Source of the DNA: Methanothrix sp.
GTDB taxonomy: Archaea > Halobacteriota > Methanosarcinia > Methanotrichales > Methanotrichaceae
Direction: 5' to 3'
DNA: 64,000 bases
Assembly: GCA_040770465.1 (NCBI GenBank)
Contig: JAXGJB010000002.1
Coordinates: 50,591 to 114,590, forward strand
A program made the position numbers and the translations under genes. The notes under the pieces were generated by a model that was not told the origin of the DNA, did not search any database, and worked only from the letters and a program-made list of their open reading frames with translations. Of this stretch, positions 8,450-19,230 are shown piece after piece (position 1 is the first letter of the stretch; each line of letters starts with the position of its first letter).

Positions 8450-10342
8450 ATGCCTGAAAGCTTAGACTACGCCTCCCTGGGTCTGGTGTGCGGGATCGAG
8501 ATCCATCAGCAGCTCGATACCGCAGCCAAGCTGTTTTGCGGCTGTCCTACGAGGATTAGAGACGCGGAGGAGTCGGACCATCAGTTCTTCAGGTACCTGC
8601 GACCGGCGCGAAGCGAGCTTGGCGAGATCGACAGGGCCGCCCTGGAAGAGGTTCTGGTCACCCGGAAGTTCATTTACAAATCGTATGATTCCACCTGCCT
8701 CGTTGAGGCGGACGAGGAGCCCCCTAGCGTTCTGAACCGCGAAGCTCTGGAGATCGGGCTGGTCGTCTCGCGGCTCCTCAATATGCAGATCGCAGACGAA
8801 GTTCACACCATGAGGAAGATCGTCATCGACGGCTCCAACACCTCGGGGTTCCAGAGGACCGCCTACGTTGCCTCCCACGGCTCCATCGACACCTCCTGCG
8901 GCAAGGTGGGGATGGAGACGATCTGTCTTGAGGAGGAGGCGGCGAGGATCATCGACGACCGGGGCGATGAGGTCGTCTACTCCCTCGACCGGCTTGGGAT
9001 ACCCCTCGTCGAGATCTGTACGTCCCCCGACGTCGTCTCCCCCCATCACGCCCGGGAGGTGGCCCAGAGGCTCGGGATGATCCTCCGGTCCACCGGCAGG
9101 GTGAAGAGGGGCCTTGGGACGATCCGCCAGGACGTCAACGTCTCCATCAGAGACGGGGCGAGGGTCGAGATAAAGGGCGTCCAAGACCTGAACCTGATCG
9201 AGACGATCGTCGCGGTGGAGGCGAATAGGCAGCACCTCCTCCTGGAGATCAGAGATGAGCTTCTCGGTCGGAAAGCTCAGGTCTCGGACCGGGTGGCCGA
9301 CGTCACCGATATCTTCGCTCCAACCGAGTCGAAGGTGATCAAGGCGGCTCTCAAGAGGGGTGGCGTCGTTCTGGCGGTGACCCTCGCGGGCTTTGCGGGG
9401 CTTGTGGGGACGGAGATCCAGCCGGGACGGCGGCTCGGCTCTGAGATCTCAGACCGGGCCAAGAGGGCGGGGGTTGGCGGGATCTTCCACTCCGACGAGC
9501 TTCCCGCCTACGGCATCACCCAGGAAGAGGTGGAGGCGGTTCGGGCCGAGCTTGGGGCCCGCGACGGTGACTGCGTGGCGATGGTGGCCGCCCCAAAGGA
9601 TCGGGCCGAGGCGGCGATGAAGGCGGTCATCGATAGGGCGAAGGAGGCCCTGGTCGGGGTCCCCGAGGAGACGAGAAAGGCCCTACCCGAGGGGACGAGC
9701 GAGTACATGAGGCCCCTTCCGGGGTCCGCGCGGATGTACCCGGAGACGGACGTTCCGCCGGTGGTGGTGGCTCCAGAGTATGTTTCCTCCCTCGAACTGC
9801 CGGAGATCTTCGACGAGAGGGCGGCGCGGTTCGAGAAGGATTACGGGCTGAACCGCGAGTTTGCGGGGCTGATGGCCGCATCGCCAAACTACCAGCTCTT
9901 CGAGGATGCCGTGAGAGATCTCTCCCTTCCCCCGGCCCTGGTGGTGAGAACCATCGAGATGATACCCCGGGAGCTGGCTCGGGATGGGGTTGCGGTCTCG
10001 AACCTGACCGAAGATCGCTACCTGGGCGCCCTCTCCCTCCTCGCCGAGGAGGGTGTGGCCAAGGAGGGGATCCCTCAGCTCCTGGAGACGATGGCGATGA
10101 ATCCGGGGCTCTCGGCATCGGAGGCCGCGAAGGCCGCGGGACTTTTGGGCGTCGACAAGACAGGCGTCGAAGAGGTAGTGGCCGGGATCGTCGCCGAGAA
10201 GGAGGCCTTCGTCAGAGAGAGGGGCGAGGCGGCCCTGGGACCCCTGATGGGCCTCGCCATGAAGGAGCTTCGGGGGAAGGCCGACGGAGCCCTGATCAGC
10301 GCGGTGCTGAAGCGAGAGATCGATCGGATTCTGGCGGATTAA
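8450..10342 (+). CDS. gatE: Glu-tRNA(Gln) amidotransferase subunit GatE
   Basis: GIEIHQQL, MRKIVIDGSNTSGFQRT, DRLGIPLVEI, RGLGTIRQDVNVSI, RPLPGSARMYPETD. Confidence 0.97.
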   Translation: MPESLDYASLGLVCGIEIHQQLDTAAKLFCGCPTRIRDAEESDHQFFRYLRPARSELGEIDRAALEEVLVTRKFIYKSYDSTCLVEADEEPPSVLNREALEIGLVVSRLLNMQIADEVHTMRKIVIDGSNTSGFQRTAYVASHGSIDTSCGKVGMETICLEEEAARIIDDRGDEVVYSLDRLGIPLVEICTSPDVVSPHHAREVAQRLGMILRSTGRVKRGLGTIRQDVNVSIRDGARVEIKGVQDLNLIETIVAVEANRQHLLLEIRDELLGRKAQVSDRVADVTDIFAPTESKVIKAALKRGGVVLAVTLAGFAGLVGTEIQPGRRLGSEISDRAKRAGVGGIFHSDELPAYGITQEEVEAVRAELGARDGDCVAMVAAPKDRAEAAMKAVIDRAKEALVGVPEETRKALPEGTSEYMRPLPGSARMYPETDVPPVVVAPEYVSSLELPEIFDERAARFEKDYGLNREFAGLMAASPNYQLFEDAVRDLSLPPALVVRTIEMIPRELARDGVAVSNLTEDRYLGALSLLAEEGVAKEGIPQLLETMAMNPGLSASEAAKAAGLLGVDKTGVEEVVAGIVAEKEAFVRERGEAALGPLMGLAMKELRGKADGALISAVLKREIDRILAD

Positions 10343-10378
10343 GTCCGCCAGAGTCTCCGAACTCGTCGTCGAGTTCGG
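10330..10378 (+). terminator. Two tandem hairpins at the gatE 3' end
   Basis: TCTGGCGGA-TTAAG-TCCGCCAGA and CCGAACTCG-TCGT-CGAGTTCGG. Confidence 0.4.
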
Positions 10379-10459
10379 GGCGGGGAACCTTATTTATTTC
10401 TGACCGGGCCAACTACTATTTTGTTTGAAGAGATCAGTAGGCCGTTGGAGGCTTGAGGT

Positions 10460-11587
10460 ATGAAACGGGAAATGCTTCTCTGGGACGAGACGATCTTCAA
10501 GGACCGGGAGGTCCTGGAGTTCGACCACCTGCCCGAGCACTTCTCTCACCGGGAGTCTCAGATGGAGTCCCTCAAGTTCTGCGTCCGCCCCGCCTTTGCG
10601 GGGGGCCGTCCCGTCAGCGCCCTCTGTCTCGGCCCCCCGGGGACCGGGAAGACGACGTCGATCTTCAAGCTCTTTTCCGAGATCGAGGCCCACTCCTCGA
10701 AGGTGGTCCCCGTCCACGTCAACTGCCAGATGGACCACACTCGACACGCCATATTCCTGCGGATCTACAGCAAGCTCCTCGGCCACTCGCCCCCGTCAAG
10801 CGGCGTCTCCTTCAAGAGGGTCCTGGAGAGGATCGCGAAGACCCTGGCCAAAGAGAACCGGGTCCTGGTGGTGGCCCTCGACGACGTCAACTACCTCTTC
10901 CCCGAGAAGGAGGTGGACCGGGTCCTCTACACCCTCCTCCGGGCTCACGAGACCTTCCCCGGTTTCCGGGCCGGGGTGATCGCCATCCTCAGCGAGCCGG
11001 CCTTAAACTACGTCTTCGATCCGAGGGTGGGGTCGGTCTTCCAGGCCGAGGAGGTGAGCTTCCCCCTCTACTCGATCGGGGAGATACGAGACATCCTGAA
11101 ACGACGGGCTGATCTGGGCTATTATCCCGGCGTCGTATCCGACGAGATCATCGATCTCGTCTCCGACCTCACCGAGCGGGCCGGGGACCTCCGGGTCGGG
11201 ATCGACCTCTTAAAGAGGGCGGGGATGGAGGCGGAGAGGAGGGCCTCAAGGACGATATCAATAGAGGACGTCGAGAGGGCCTACGAGAGGTCGAGGCTCG
11301 TCCACCTCTCAAGCGCCCTCAAGCCCCTCCGGGATGACGAGCTTATCCTCCTCCGGCTCGCGGCGGAGATGGAGACCTCGAAGGCCGGAGATCTCTACGA
11401 GAAGTTCAAAGAAGCCACCGGCGCTGGCTACACCCGGTTTCACGAGATTCTGAACAAGCTGGACGCCGCAAGGCTCGTGGACACCGACTTCAGCGGACCG
11501 GGCCACCGGGGGAGGTCCAGGGTCGTCCGGATCAGGTACGACCCGAAAGAGGTGCTGGATAGGATAAAGCCGAAGGATAATCCATAG
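10460..11587 (+). CDS. cdc6: ORC1-type DNA replication protein (Orc1/Cdc6)
   Basis: LPEHFSHRE, Walker A GPPGTGKT, Walker B VALDD, GDLRVGIDLL, C-terminal wHTH with GRSR. Confidence 0.93.
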   Translation: MKREMLLWDETIFKDREVLEFDHLPEHFSHRESQMESLKFCVRPAFAGGRPVSALCLGPPGTGKTTSIFKLFSEIEAHSSKVVPVHVNCQMDHTRHAIFLRIYSKLLGHSPPSSGVSFKRVLERIAKTLAKENRVLVVALDDVNYLFPEKEVDRVLYTLLRAHETFPGFRAGVIAILSEPALNYVFDPRVGSVFQAEEVSFPLYSIGEIRDILKRRADLGYYPGVVSDEIIDLVSDLTERAGDLRVGIDLLKRAGMEAERRASRTISIEDVERAYERSRLVHLSSALKPLRDDELILLRLAAEMETSKAGDLYEKFKEATGAGYTRFHEILNKLDAARLVDTDFSGPGHRGRSRVVRIRYDPKEVLDRIKPKDNP

Positions 11588-11711
11588 ACGGCGCTCCAGA
11601 CCGCTGGAGTATATAGGGTATATATTGTACGATTTGTAATTCGGAGTAATACCTTCTATTTATCCTATTGTGATTAATTTTATAATTGATACATGTAAGC
11701 AGGGGTATCTG

Positions 11712-12575
11712 ATGAATAGACAGTTACTCGCCTTTTTAGTCGCCGTTCTGGCGATAGGATCGATCCTGGTATTCTCAGGATGCGTCGACCAGAAGGAAGA
11801 GGGCGCGCCCGCTGTGGAAGCGGCTGCCGTCACCGTCGCCGGGTCCACCACGGTGATGCCCCTTGCCGAGGCCTCTGCTGAGGAGTTCAACAAAGTTCAG
11901 TCGGACGTCCGCGTCTCCGTCACCGGCGGAGGTTCCGGGGTTGGGATCAAGAACGTCGCCGAGGGGCTTGCGGATATCGCCATGGCCTCGCGGCAGGTGA
12001 AGCCCGAGGAGATCGCCGCCTACGGCGACAGGTTCGAGGAGTATCTCGTCGCCTACGACGCCATCGCCGTCGTCGTCAGCCAGCCGATCTATGAGGCAGG
12101 CGTCACCGAGCTGTCTCAGGATCAGGTGAGGGCGATCTACAGCGGCGAGGTCTCCAACTGGAAGGATCTGGGCGGCCCCGACGAGCCGATCTACGTGGCC
12201 GCTCGGGAGGTCGGCTCCGGGACGAGAGACACCTTCAACGAGATGGTTATGGGAAGCGTTGAGGCCGAGACCCTGGGGGTCACAACGTACCACGGCAGCA
12301 ACGCCGAGGTGAAGACCGCCGTCACCAGCAGCGATAAGGCCATCGGTTACGTCGGGATGAACTACATCGAGGGCGGGGCCCTCCGGGCGGTGGCCTACGA
12401 TGGGGTCATGCCATCAGCAGAGACGATAAAGGACGGTTCATACCCGCTATCGAGGTCTCTCAACTTCTATACCTTCGGCGATCCGGGCCCTGACGCCGAA
12501 ACGTTCATCGAGTTCGTCCTGAGCGACGAAGGGCAGAAGATCGTTGAAGAATCCGGATTCGTCCCGATCTGGTGA
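11712..12575 (+). CDS. pstS: Phosphate ABC transporter substrate-binding lipoprotein PstS
   Basis: Lipobox FSGC, AGSTTV, GGGSGVG, IAMASR, REVGSGTR, YPLSR. Confidence 0.93.
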   Translation: MNRQLLAFLVAVLAIGSILVFSGCVDQKEEGAPAVEAAAVTVAGSTTVMPLAEASAEEFNKVQSDVRVSVTGGGSGVGIKNVAEGLADIAMASRQVKPEEIAAYGDRFEEYLVAYDAIAVVVSQPIYEAGVTELSQDQVRAIYSGEVSNWKDLGGPDEPIYVAAREVGSGTRDTFNEMVMGSVEAETLGVTTYHGSNAEVKTAVTSSDKAIGYVGMNYIEGGALRAVAYDGVMPSAETIKDGSYPLSRSLNFYTFGDPGPDAETFIEFVLSDEGQKIVEESGFVPIW

Positions 12576-12724
12576 AGCAGGAATAAGAAAGGATATCGAG
12601 TTGCTCCGGCATTGAAGAGCCAGAGCAACTATTTTCTTCGAAATTCGGCGTGGTGGATATATAGCTGTACCTGCCCTATATAGAGAATATAGATAAGTGC
12701 TTTAAGCGATGAAAGGACGGTCAG

Positions 12725-13651
12725 ATGAATAGCATGGCTCTTCCAGGGAAACGTGATCTTTGGCGGTCTCGGCGATACGGCGAAGGCGTTGTTGAATCCC
12801 TCCTCTTCTTCTCCGCCATCACCTCGATCTTGGCCATGGTCTTGATCTTTTACTTCCTCACCTTCGAGAGCTTCCTCGCCTTCAGGGAGGTGGGGATCTT
12901 CGATATGCTCCTGGGTCAGAAGTGGCACCCTGCTGGGGATATCTTCGGAATGGCTCCGATCATCGTCGGCTCGGTCCTCATCACCCTCGTCGCCCTCTTC
13001 ATAAACATCCTGGTGGGCGTGCCCCTGGCGATCTACCTCTCGGAGCTGGCTGGTCCCTGGTCCCGGGAGCTTCTGAAGCCCTCCATCGAGCTTTTGGCCG
13101 GGGTTCCCTCCATCGTCTACGGATTTCTGGGGGTTCTGGTTCTGGTGGTCTACCTCGAGGGGAGCTTCGATATGTTGACGGGTCGGTCGATTCTGGCTGG
13201 AGCGATCCTCCTGGGGATCATGTTCATCCCGGCTCTGACGACTATATGTGAGGACGCCCTCAGGGCCGTCCCCAAGGAGTTCAAGGAGGGGTCTCTCGCC
13301 CTTGGAGCCACCCACTGGCAGACGGTCCGGAATGTCACCCTCCCCGCCGCCTCCTCGGGGATCATCGCCGCCGTGATACTGAACGTGGGCAGGATCATCG
13401 GTGAGACGATGGCCGCCCTCCTGGTGGTGGGAAACGTCGCCCGCCTCCCGTCGCCGGTCTTCGACGTCTTCGATCGGGGCGCCATCTTCACCTCGGTGAT
13501 CGCCGGCGAGATGGGGGAGGTGGCCCACGGATCGATGCACTATCACGCCCTCTTCGCGGTGGGTTTCGTCCTCCTGGTTATCGTCACCGTCATCAACATA
13601 TCGGCGGACCTGGTCAGGGCTGCGATCCAGAAGAGGTTTGGGGGGTACTGA
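12725..13651 (+). CDS. pstC: Phosphate ABC transporter permease PstC
   Basis: AIYLSE, IELLAGVPSIVYG, EGSLALGATHWQT, GRIIGETMA. Confidence 0.93.
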   Translation: MNSMALPGKRDLWRSRRYGEGVVESLLFFSAITSILAMVLIFYFLTFESFLAFREVGIFDMLLGQKWHPAGDIFGMAPIIVGSVLITLVALFINILVGVPLAIYLSELAGPWSRELLKPSIELLAGVPSIVYGFLGVLVLVVYLEGSFDMLTGRSILAGAILLGIMFIPALTTICEDALRAVPKEFKEGSLALGATHWQTVRNVTLPAASSGIIAAVILNVGRIIGETMAALLVVGNVARLPSPVFDVFDRGAIFTSVIAGEMGEVAHGSMHYHALFAVGFVLLVIVTVINISADLVRAAIQKRFGGY

Positions 13652-13652
13652 G

Positions 13653-14927
13653 ATGAAGAAGATAAGGCCCGCACCTCTTTCTTCGCTCGTTGTGGCCCTA
13701 TTTTTGCTGTCGTCTTCGCTTTACTACCTGGTTGTCCAGCCGGGAGATATCCCCCTGGTCCCCTTCTGGGAGGGGGGGCTTCTGGTCTGTCTCGTTCTTA
13801 TAACCGCCTCTGCCCTCGCCCTCCGCAGGGAGGAGGCCGACGGGAAGGCCGTCGTCTGGCCCTTCGGCAGGCTTTTGCCTCTGGCGGCGGACCTCGCCTA
13901 TTCTCTTGTGGTCTTCCTTCTGATCTATTCGGCTCGGGTCCGGCCGGGCCTGGAGATTGAGCTTCTGGATCTGAGCGCCGTATTCACCTACAAGATCGTG
14001 CTGCCTTTCCTCGTCTTTCTTGCGAGCTTCCTTGCGATAAAAGACTCCATCAACCTCCTTTACGGCTACAGCACCCGGGGTAGGGAGGTTTTAGTCTTCT
14101 CGATGGTCCGGCTCTCGGCGGTCTTCACCCTCCTCCTCTTGGGCGGGATCATCTCCGTCATACTGTTTCGGGGGATCGGGGCCATAAGCTGGGAGTTTCT
14201 AACCCAGCCCCACTATCGGCTCGGCACCGAGGGCGGGATCAGCACCTGTATCCAGGGGACCTTCTGGCTGGTGATGGGGGCGATGCTGATATCGGCTCCT
14301 CTGGGGATCGGGGCCGCCATCTACCTCAACGAGTACTCCAAGCACTCGGGGCTGAAGCGGGTCGTCACCATAGCCGTGGGCTGTCTCAACGGCGTCCCCT
14401 CGGTGGTCTACGGCCTCTTCGGCCTCGCCTTTCTGGTGGCGACCTTCGGCCTCTCCCTTCTGGCGGGGTCGATCATCCTGGGGCTGATGAACCTGCCCAC
14501 CATAATCCTCACCAGCCAGGAGGCGCTGAAGAGCGTTCCAAACTCCCTGCGGGAGGGGAGCGTTGCCCTCGGCGCCACCCGGTGGCAGACGATAAAGAAG
14601 GTGGTGATCCCCTCGGCCATGCCCGGAGTTCTGACGGGCCTGATCATCGGGGTCGCTCGCGCCGCCGGGGAGACGGCTCCCATCATGTGGACCGCCGTCA
14701 CCTTCTCTGCCACCCCCGTCCACATGTTCTACGGCGTCGTCCCCGACGTCACCCAGCCCGTCAACAACCTCTGCTACCACCTCCTCAACCTGATATACTT
14801 CCTGGGGGCCTGGGACGTCGAGGAGAAGGCCTGGGGGACGGCCCTGGTCCTTCTGGCCCTCGTCCTCTCCATCAACATGGTGGCGATCCTGGTGCGAAAC
14901 CACTATCGAAAGAAAGTCGTATGGTGA
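13653..14927 (+). CDS. pstA: Phosphate ABC transporter permease PstA with N-terminal membrane extension
   Basis: AIYLNEY, LNGVPSVVYGLFG, EGSVALGATRWQT, ARAAGETAPI. Confidence 0.92.
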   Translation: MKKIRPAPLSSLVVALFLLSSSLYYLVVQPGDIPLVPFWEGGLLVCLVLITASALALRREEADGKAVVWPFGRLLPLAADLAYSLVVFLLIYSARVRPGLEIELLDLSAVFTYKIVLPFLVFLASFLAIKDSINLLYGYSTRGREVLVFSMVRLSAVFTLLLLGGIISVILFRGIGAISWEFLTQPHYRLGTEGGISTCIQGTFWLVMGAMLISAPLGIGAAIYLNEYSKHSGLKRVVTIAVGCLNGVPSVVYGLFGLAFLVATFGLSLLAGSIILGLMNLPTIILTSQEALKSVPNSLREGSVALGATRWQTIKKVVIPSAMPGVLTGLIIGVARAAGETAPIMWTAVTFSATPVHMFYGVVPDVTQPVNNLCYHLLNLIYFLGAWDVEEKAWGTALVLLALVLSINMVAILVRNHYRKKVVW

Positions 14928-14974
14928 GCCGCCGCCCCACAACTTTTATCATTTGCGGGATCTAAAGGTCTCCC

Positions 14975-16369
14975 ATGAGACCGATCTCTCCCGAAGAGAT
15001 GAGAGCCATCGATTCAAACTGCACCTACTTTGGGCTCATCCCGCTGCAGCTGATGGAGAACGCCGGGTCAGCCTTAGCCTCGGAGGCGAGAAAGAGGGCC
15101 CGGGGAAATAGAATCGCCGTCGTCGCCGGACGGGGGAACAACGGCGGGGATGCGTTCGTCGCCGCCCGGCACCTCGCCGAATTCGATGTCACCGTTTTTC
15201 TCCTCGGCAGATCGAGAGATATCGCCACCGAAGAGGCGAGGCGGAACTGGGAGATTCTGGACCGGCTCGGCTTCGACCTCCGGGAGGTTCGGGATTCGAG
15301 GGAGCTGGAGGAGTTATCCAAATACGATCTGATCCTGGACGCGATCTTTGGGACCGGCGTCCGTGGTGCCGTCCGGGGTCTGGAGGCCGAGGCGATCGAC
15401 GCCATCAACTCCGCGAGAAAGCAGGTCATATCGGTGGACGTCCCCAGCGGCATCGGCACCGAGAAGGTCGTCGAGCCCGAGGTGACCGTCACATTCCATC
15501 GGCCGAAAGAGGGCATCCCCGGCGAGGTGGTGGTGGCGGGGATCGGGATACCGCCGTCGGCCGAGTTTCTGGCGGGGCCCGGCGACCTCGCCCTCGTCGC
15601 CTCTCGGGCACCAGCGAGCCACAAGGGGCAGAACGGCCGGGTTCTGGTGATCGGGGGAGGTCCTTATTCCGGGGCGCCGGCCCTATCGGCGATGGCCGCC
15701 CTCCGGGCCGGGGCGGACCTGGTCACCGTCGCCGTCCCCGAGAACGTCTCCGACGTCATCGCCGGCTTCTCCCCGAACCTGATCGTCCGGCCCCTATCCG
15801 ATGACCACCTCTCCTCCGACGACCTGCCGGCCCTCCGGGAGCTGATACCCCGCCACGACGTCGTCGTCGTCGGGATGGGCCTTGGCCGCCACCCCGAGAC
15901 GACCGAGGCACTGACGAAGATCGTCCCCGAATGCGGCAAGATGGTGATGGACGCCGACGCCCTCCTCCCCGGCGTCCCCCTCAAGGGCATCATCACCCCT
16001 CATGAGAGCGAGTTTCGGCGGGTCAGCTCCATCGGGGTGCCGCCAGGCCGGGTCCAGAACGAGACGCTGATGACCTTCGCTCGGGACATGGGCCTCACAA
16101 TCCTCCTGAAGGGGAAGGTCGATCTGATCACCGACGGCACCGTCATCCGAGGGAACGCCACCGGGAACGCCGGGATGACCGTCGGAGGGACCGGGGACGT
16201 CCTCGCCGGGGTCACCGGGGCCTTCTACGCCAATGCCCCGCCGCTCCGGGCCGCCGTCGCCGCAGCCTTCGTCAACGGGACCGCCGGCGACCTGGCCTTC
16301 GAGGAGAAGGGGTACTCGCTCCTGGCCACCGACGTCATCGAGAATATACCTCTGGCTATGTGGCAGTGA
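14975..16369 (+). CDS. nnr: Bifunctional NAD(P)H-hydrate epimerase/dehydratase (YjeF/Nnr)
   Basis: LMENAG, GRGNNGGD, DAIFGTG, DVPSG, HKGQNG, ITPH, GGTGDVLAG. Confidence 0.95.
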   Translation: MRPISPEEMRAIDSNCTYFGLIPLQLMENAGSALASEARKRARGNRIAVVAGRGNNGGDAFVAARHLAEFDVTVFLLGRSRDIATEEARRNWEILDRLGFDLREVRDSRELEELSKYDLILDAIFGTGVRGAVRGLEAEAIDAINSARKQVISVDVPSGIGTEKVVEPEVTVTFHRPKEGIPGEVVVAGIGIPPSAEFLAGPGDLALVASRAPASHKGQNGRVLVIGGGPYSGAPALSAMAALRAGADLVTVAVPENVSDVIAGFSPNLIVRPLSDDHLSSDDLPALRELIPRHDVVVVGMGLGRHPETTEALTKIVPECGKMVMDADALLPGVPLKGIITPHESEFRRVSSIGVPPGRVQNETLMTFARDMGLTILLKGKVDLITDGTVIRGNATGNAGMTVGGTGDVLAGVTGAFYANAPPLRAAVAAAFVNGTAGDLAFEEKGYSLLATDVIENIPLAMWQ

Positions 16370-16896
16370 GCCCTCAGGACAAGGCTGTGATAGTGATTAT
16401 TGACAGTGATACCTTGAAGCGAGATCAGGATCATCGGGAGTATCGGGCGGGGATGGTGGAGATCACCGAGAAGCCCGCCGTCGGGCGGAGGGCCGTCGCA
16501 GAGGGGCTCATCCGCCTCAAAGAATCGACGGTGGATGCGATCAGAAACGGCGAGGTGGTGAAGGGGGATGTCCTCACCGTGGCGAGGGTGGCGGCGATCC
16601 AGGCGGTGAAGGAGACGCCGCGCCAGATCCCAATGTGCCACCCGATCCCGATCACCGGCGTCGAAGTGGCATTCGATCTCCTCCCAGACCGGGTCAGGGC
16701 GAGGGTCGTCGTCACCTCCGTCGGAAAGACAGGGGTCGAGATGGAGGCCCTGGCGGGGGTCTCGGCGGCGCTCCTCAACGTCTGGGACATGGTCAAGTCC
16801 CGGGAGAAGGATGAGACCGGAAACTACCCCTCGACGGCGATCGAGGAGATCCGGGTGGTGGAGAAGAGGAAAGATGATAGTGGTATGGGGGGTTGA
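16360..16896 (+). CDS. moaC: Cyclic pyranopterin monophosphate synthase MoaC (true start probably downstream, near 16453)
   Basis: MVEITEK, KGDVL, IPMCHPI, KTGVEMEAL, WDMVK. Confidence 0.93.
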   Translation: MAVSPQDKAVIVIIDSDTLKRDQDHREYRAGMVEITEKPAVGRRAVAEGLIRLKESTVDAIRNGEVVKGDVLTVARVAAIQAVKETPRQIPMCHPIPITGVEVAFDLLPDRVRARVVVTSVGKTGVEMEALAGVSAALLNVWDMVKSREKDETGNYPSTAIEEIRVVEKRKDDSGMGG

Positions 16897-17055
16897 GATC
16901 CACGAAGTAGCATATACGTTGCGGAGCCTTTATGATTTATTAATACGAATTATATAAAATTCTGTCGTAAGTAGAATCCCTCAAAGCATCGTATTGCCGA
17001 GAGGTGAGATTCCGATGCCGCTGAAAAATAGATCGGTGGCGAGATCGTCACCCTA

Positions 17056-18357
17056 TTAGAGCCCGTACTCCGGGAGCCGCTCCCGCGCGATCTCCCTCTC
17101 CCGCTGGTGCTCGGTCAAAAAAGCCTTGATCCTCTCGGCAGCCTCCTTCTTGCAGGTCCCGCAGACTCGCTCGCCGCTCTTGCACTCCTCGAAGACCTCC
17201 AAGAGCTCGGACTCGTCCTCGGAGAGGTGGAATAGCATCAGCTCGTAGACTGTGCACTTGTCCGGCTCGCCCCCGAGCTTCTTCTGCTCGGCGAGGGACT
17301 GCCTCCCGCCGGTGACGGCCCTCATCACCTTCTTCGCCGCCTCCTCGGGGTCCTCGGTGAGGGCGATGTGGCTATCGGGCTTCGAGGAGGACATCTTGCC
17401 GCCGGTGAGGCCGGTCATGAACCGGTGGTAAAGAGACGCTGGCGGGACGAAGCCGTACCCCCCCTCCTCCACCTCAAGCTCCCTCATCGCCTCCTCGACC
17501 TTCCCCGCATCCGTCGCCTTCGCGTCGAAGACGTCGATATGCTCCTCGTACCGCTTGACCTTCCTGTACCCCATCTCCTTAAGGCGGGAGGCCGCCGCCT
17601 CGATGAGGTCGGAGCCCGCAGCCTTCCCCCGGAGGCTGACGCGCCCCTCCCTCTCCTCCACCAGGAACTTTCTCATCCTGCCGGCGAGGTCGCGGGTCAG
17701 CCTGATGTGGGCGTCCTGGTCCGAGCCGACGGGGATGACCACCGGCTTCGGCCCGCCGTTCTCGGAGAGCTGGGGGTGGAGGATGTCGGCGCTCTGGACC
17801 ATGACAGAGACCATGTGGGCGACGTTCGTCTCCCCGGAGAAGCCATAGATGGCGGCAAGCTCCGAGAACCGTGCGGCGGAGGCGAGCTCGAACGCCAGGT
17901 CCCGGACGGCCTGGCTTTCGGACTGGAAGTAAATGTGCCCCGAAGGCTCAAAGCCGAGGGCGATGATGCTGAGGATGTACTCCTCGATCCCCATCTCCCG
18001 GCACCTCTGCCAGCTGATCCCCCGGACCGAGTGGGCCTCCATGTCGGCGATGGCGACGAAGGCGTCCCCCCCATGCTTCTGGTGCCAGATGATCTCCTCC
18101 ATCACCATCTTGCCGCCGAGATGGACCCTCCCGCTGGGCATGAACCCGCTCATCACAGCGAAAGGTCTCCTGTCGTTCATCGCCTGAACGACCTTCTGAT
18201 AATCACGATGGCCGAATATTATGTGCCTTTTCATATATGGATGGGGATCTTCGATCTGGGGCAGAATGTCCTCGAAGCTCGATATTCCAAACTCTTCGAA
18301 GAGCTTCGAGTAGTCATCTATCGAGACCGCGCCCCAGGGGTCCAGCTTCGTTGCCAT
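17056..18357 (-). CDS. trpS: Tryptophanyl-tRNA synthetase
   Basis: [16 protein letters not shown] (HIGH-like), [22 protein letters not shown]-terminal CGTCK. Confidence 0.95.
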   Translation of the reverse strand: MATKLDPWGAVSIDDYSKLFEEFGISSFEDILPQIEDPHPYMKRHIIFGHRDYQKVVQAMNDRRPFAVMSGFMPSGRVHLGGKMVMEEIIWHQKHGGDAFVAIADMEAHSVRGISWQRCREMGIEEYILSIIALGFEPSGHIYFQSESQAVRDLAFELASAARFSELAAIYGFSGETNVAHMVSVMVQSADILHPQLSENGGPKPVVIPVGSDQDAHIRLTRDLAGRMRKFLVEEREGRVSLRGKAAGSDLIEAAASRLKEMGYRKVKRYEEHIDVFDAKATDAGKVEEAMRELEVEEGGYGFVPPASLYHRFMTGLTGGKMSSSKPDSHIALTEDPEEAAKKVMRAVTGGRQSLAEQKKLGGEPDKCTVYELMLFHLSEDESELLEVFEECKSGERVCGTCKKEAAERIKAFLTEHQREREIARERLPEYGL

Positions 18358-18471
18358 AAGTCCAGGCGATGCAGAATATGGTATATTTAACTTCTCGTCA
18401 CCATCGACCATCTGGCTGGGCTGGCCGGTCAGCGCCGGTCGGCAGCTAAAATTATTTAAATTCGAACGTAG

Positions 18472-19149
18472 ATGATACCGCCGATGAACCGCGAATCCTT
18501 TCCCTGCGATCTTGTGACCTGGAACGAGTTTTACGACCTCGCCAAGGCGCTATCCCGACAGATCAAGTCCTCGGGCTGGCGCCCCGACCTGGTGGTGGCC
18601 ATCGGTCGGGGCGGCTACGTCCCGGCCCGGGTCGTCTGCGACTTCCTCGTCTTCGACCTTCTCACCAGCATGAAGGTCGAACACTGGGGGATCGCAGCCC
18701 AGAAGAGAGATCAGGCAATGGTCCGCTTTCCCCTGGCCGTGGACGTCTCCGGCAAGAAGGTCCTGATCGTCGACGACGTCACCGACACCGGTGACACCCT
18801 CTCCACGGCGGTCGGCTACGTCGAGAGCCTGGGGCCTGCAGAGATGAGGACCGCCGTCCTCCAGCATAAGACGAGCTCGGCTTTTCTCCCGGACTACTAC
18901 GCCGAGAAGATCGTTTCATGGAGGTGGATCATCTACCCCTGGGCGGTCCACGAAGACCTGGTGGGTTTCTGCGAACGGGTCCTCTCCGGAATAGATCGTC
19001 CAATGTCGGCGGATGAGATCATCGCAGATTTGAAGAGGAGATTTGAGATCGAGGTGGACCTCGAGGAGATGGCAGGAGTTCTGGAGGATCTGGTGGCCAT
19101 GGGAAAAGCCGTGCGGTCAGGATCGACATATCTGGTCGCAGACGGCTGA
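18472..19149 (+). CDS. Type I phosphoribosyltransferase
   Basis: PRPP loop [30 protein letters not shown]. Confidence 0.9.
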   Translation: MIPPMNRESFPCDLVTWNEFYDLAKALSRQIKSSGWRPDLVVAIGRGGYVPARVVCDFLVFDLLTSMKVEHWGIAAQKRDQAMVRFPLAVDVSGKKVLIVDDVTDTGDTLSTAVGYVESLGPAEMRTAVLQHKTSSAFLPDYYAEKIVSWRWIIYPWAVHEDLVGFCERVLSGIDRPMSADEIIADLKRRFEIEVDLEEMAGVLEDLVAMGKAVRSGSTYLVADG

Positions 19150-19230
19150 TTCGATAATCTTTTTGAATAAACAAAAATAAGCTATTTATATGAGAATGAA
19201 TTTGTAACCGGAAATATAGATGTGATAATT

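Noticed and set aside
10343-11711. Replication origin beside cdc6
   Set aside because: No ORB-like repeats with G-strings recognised; flanking intergenic regions are short and explained by promoters
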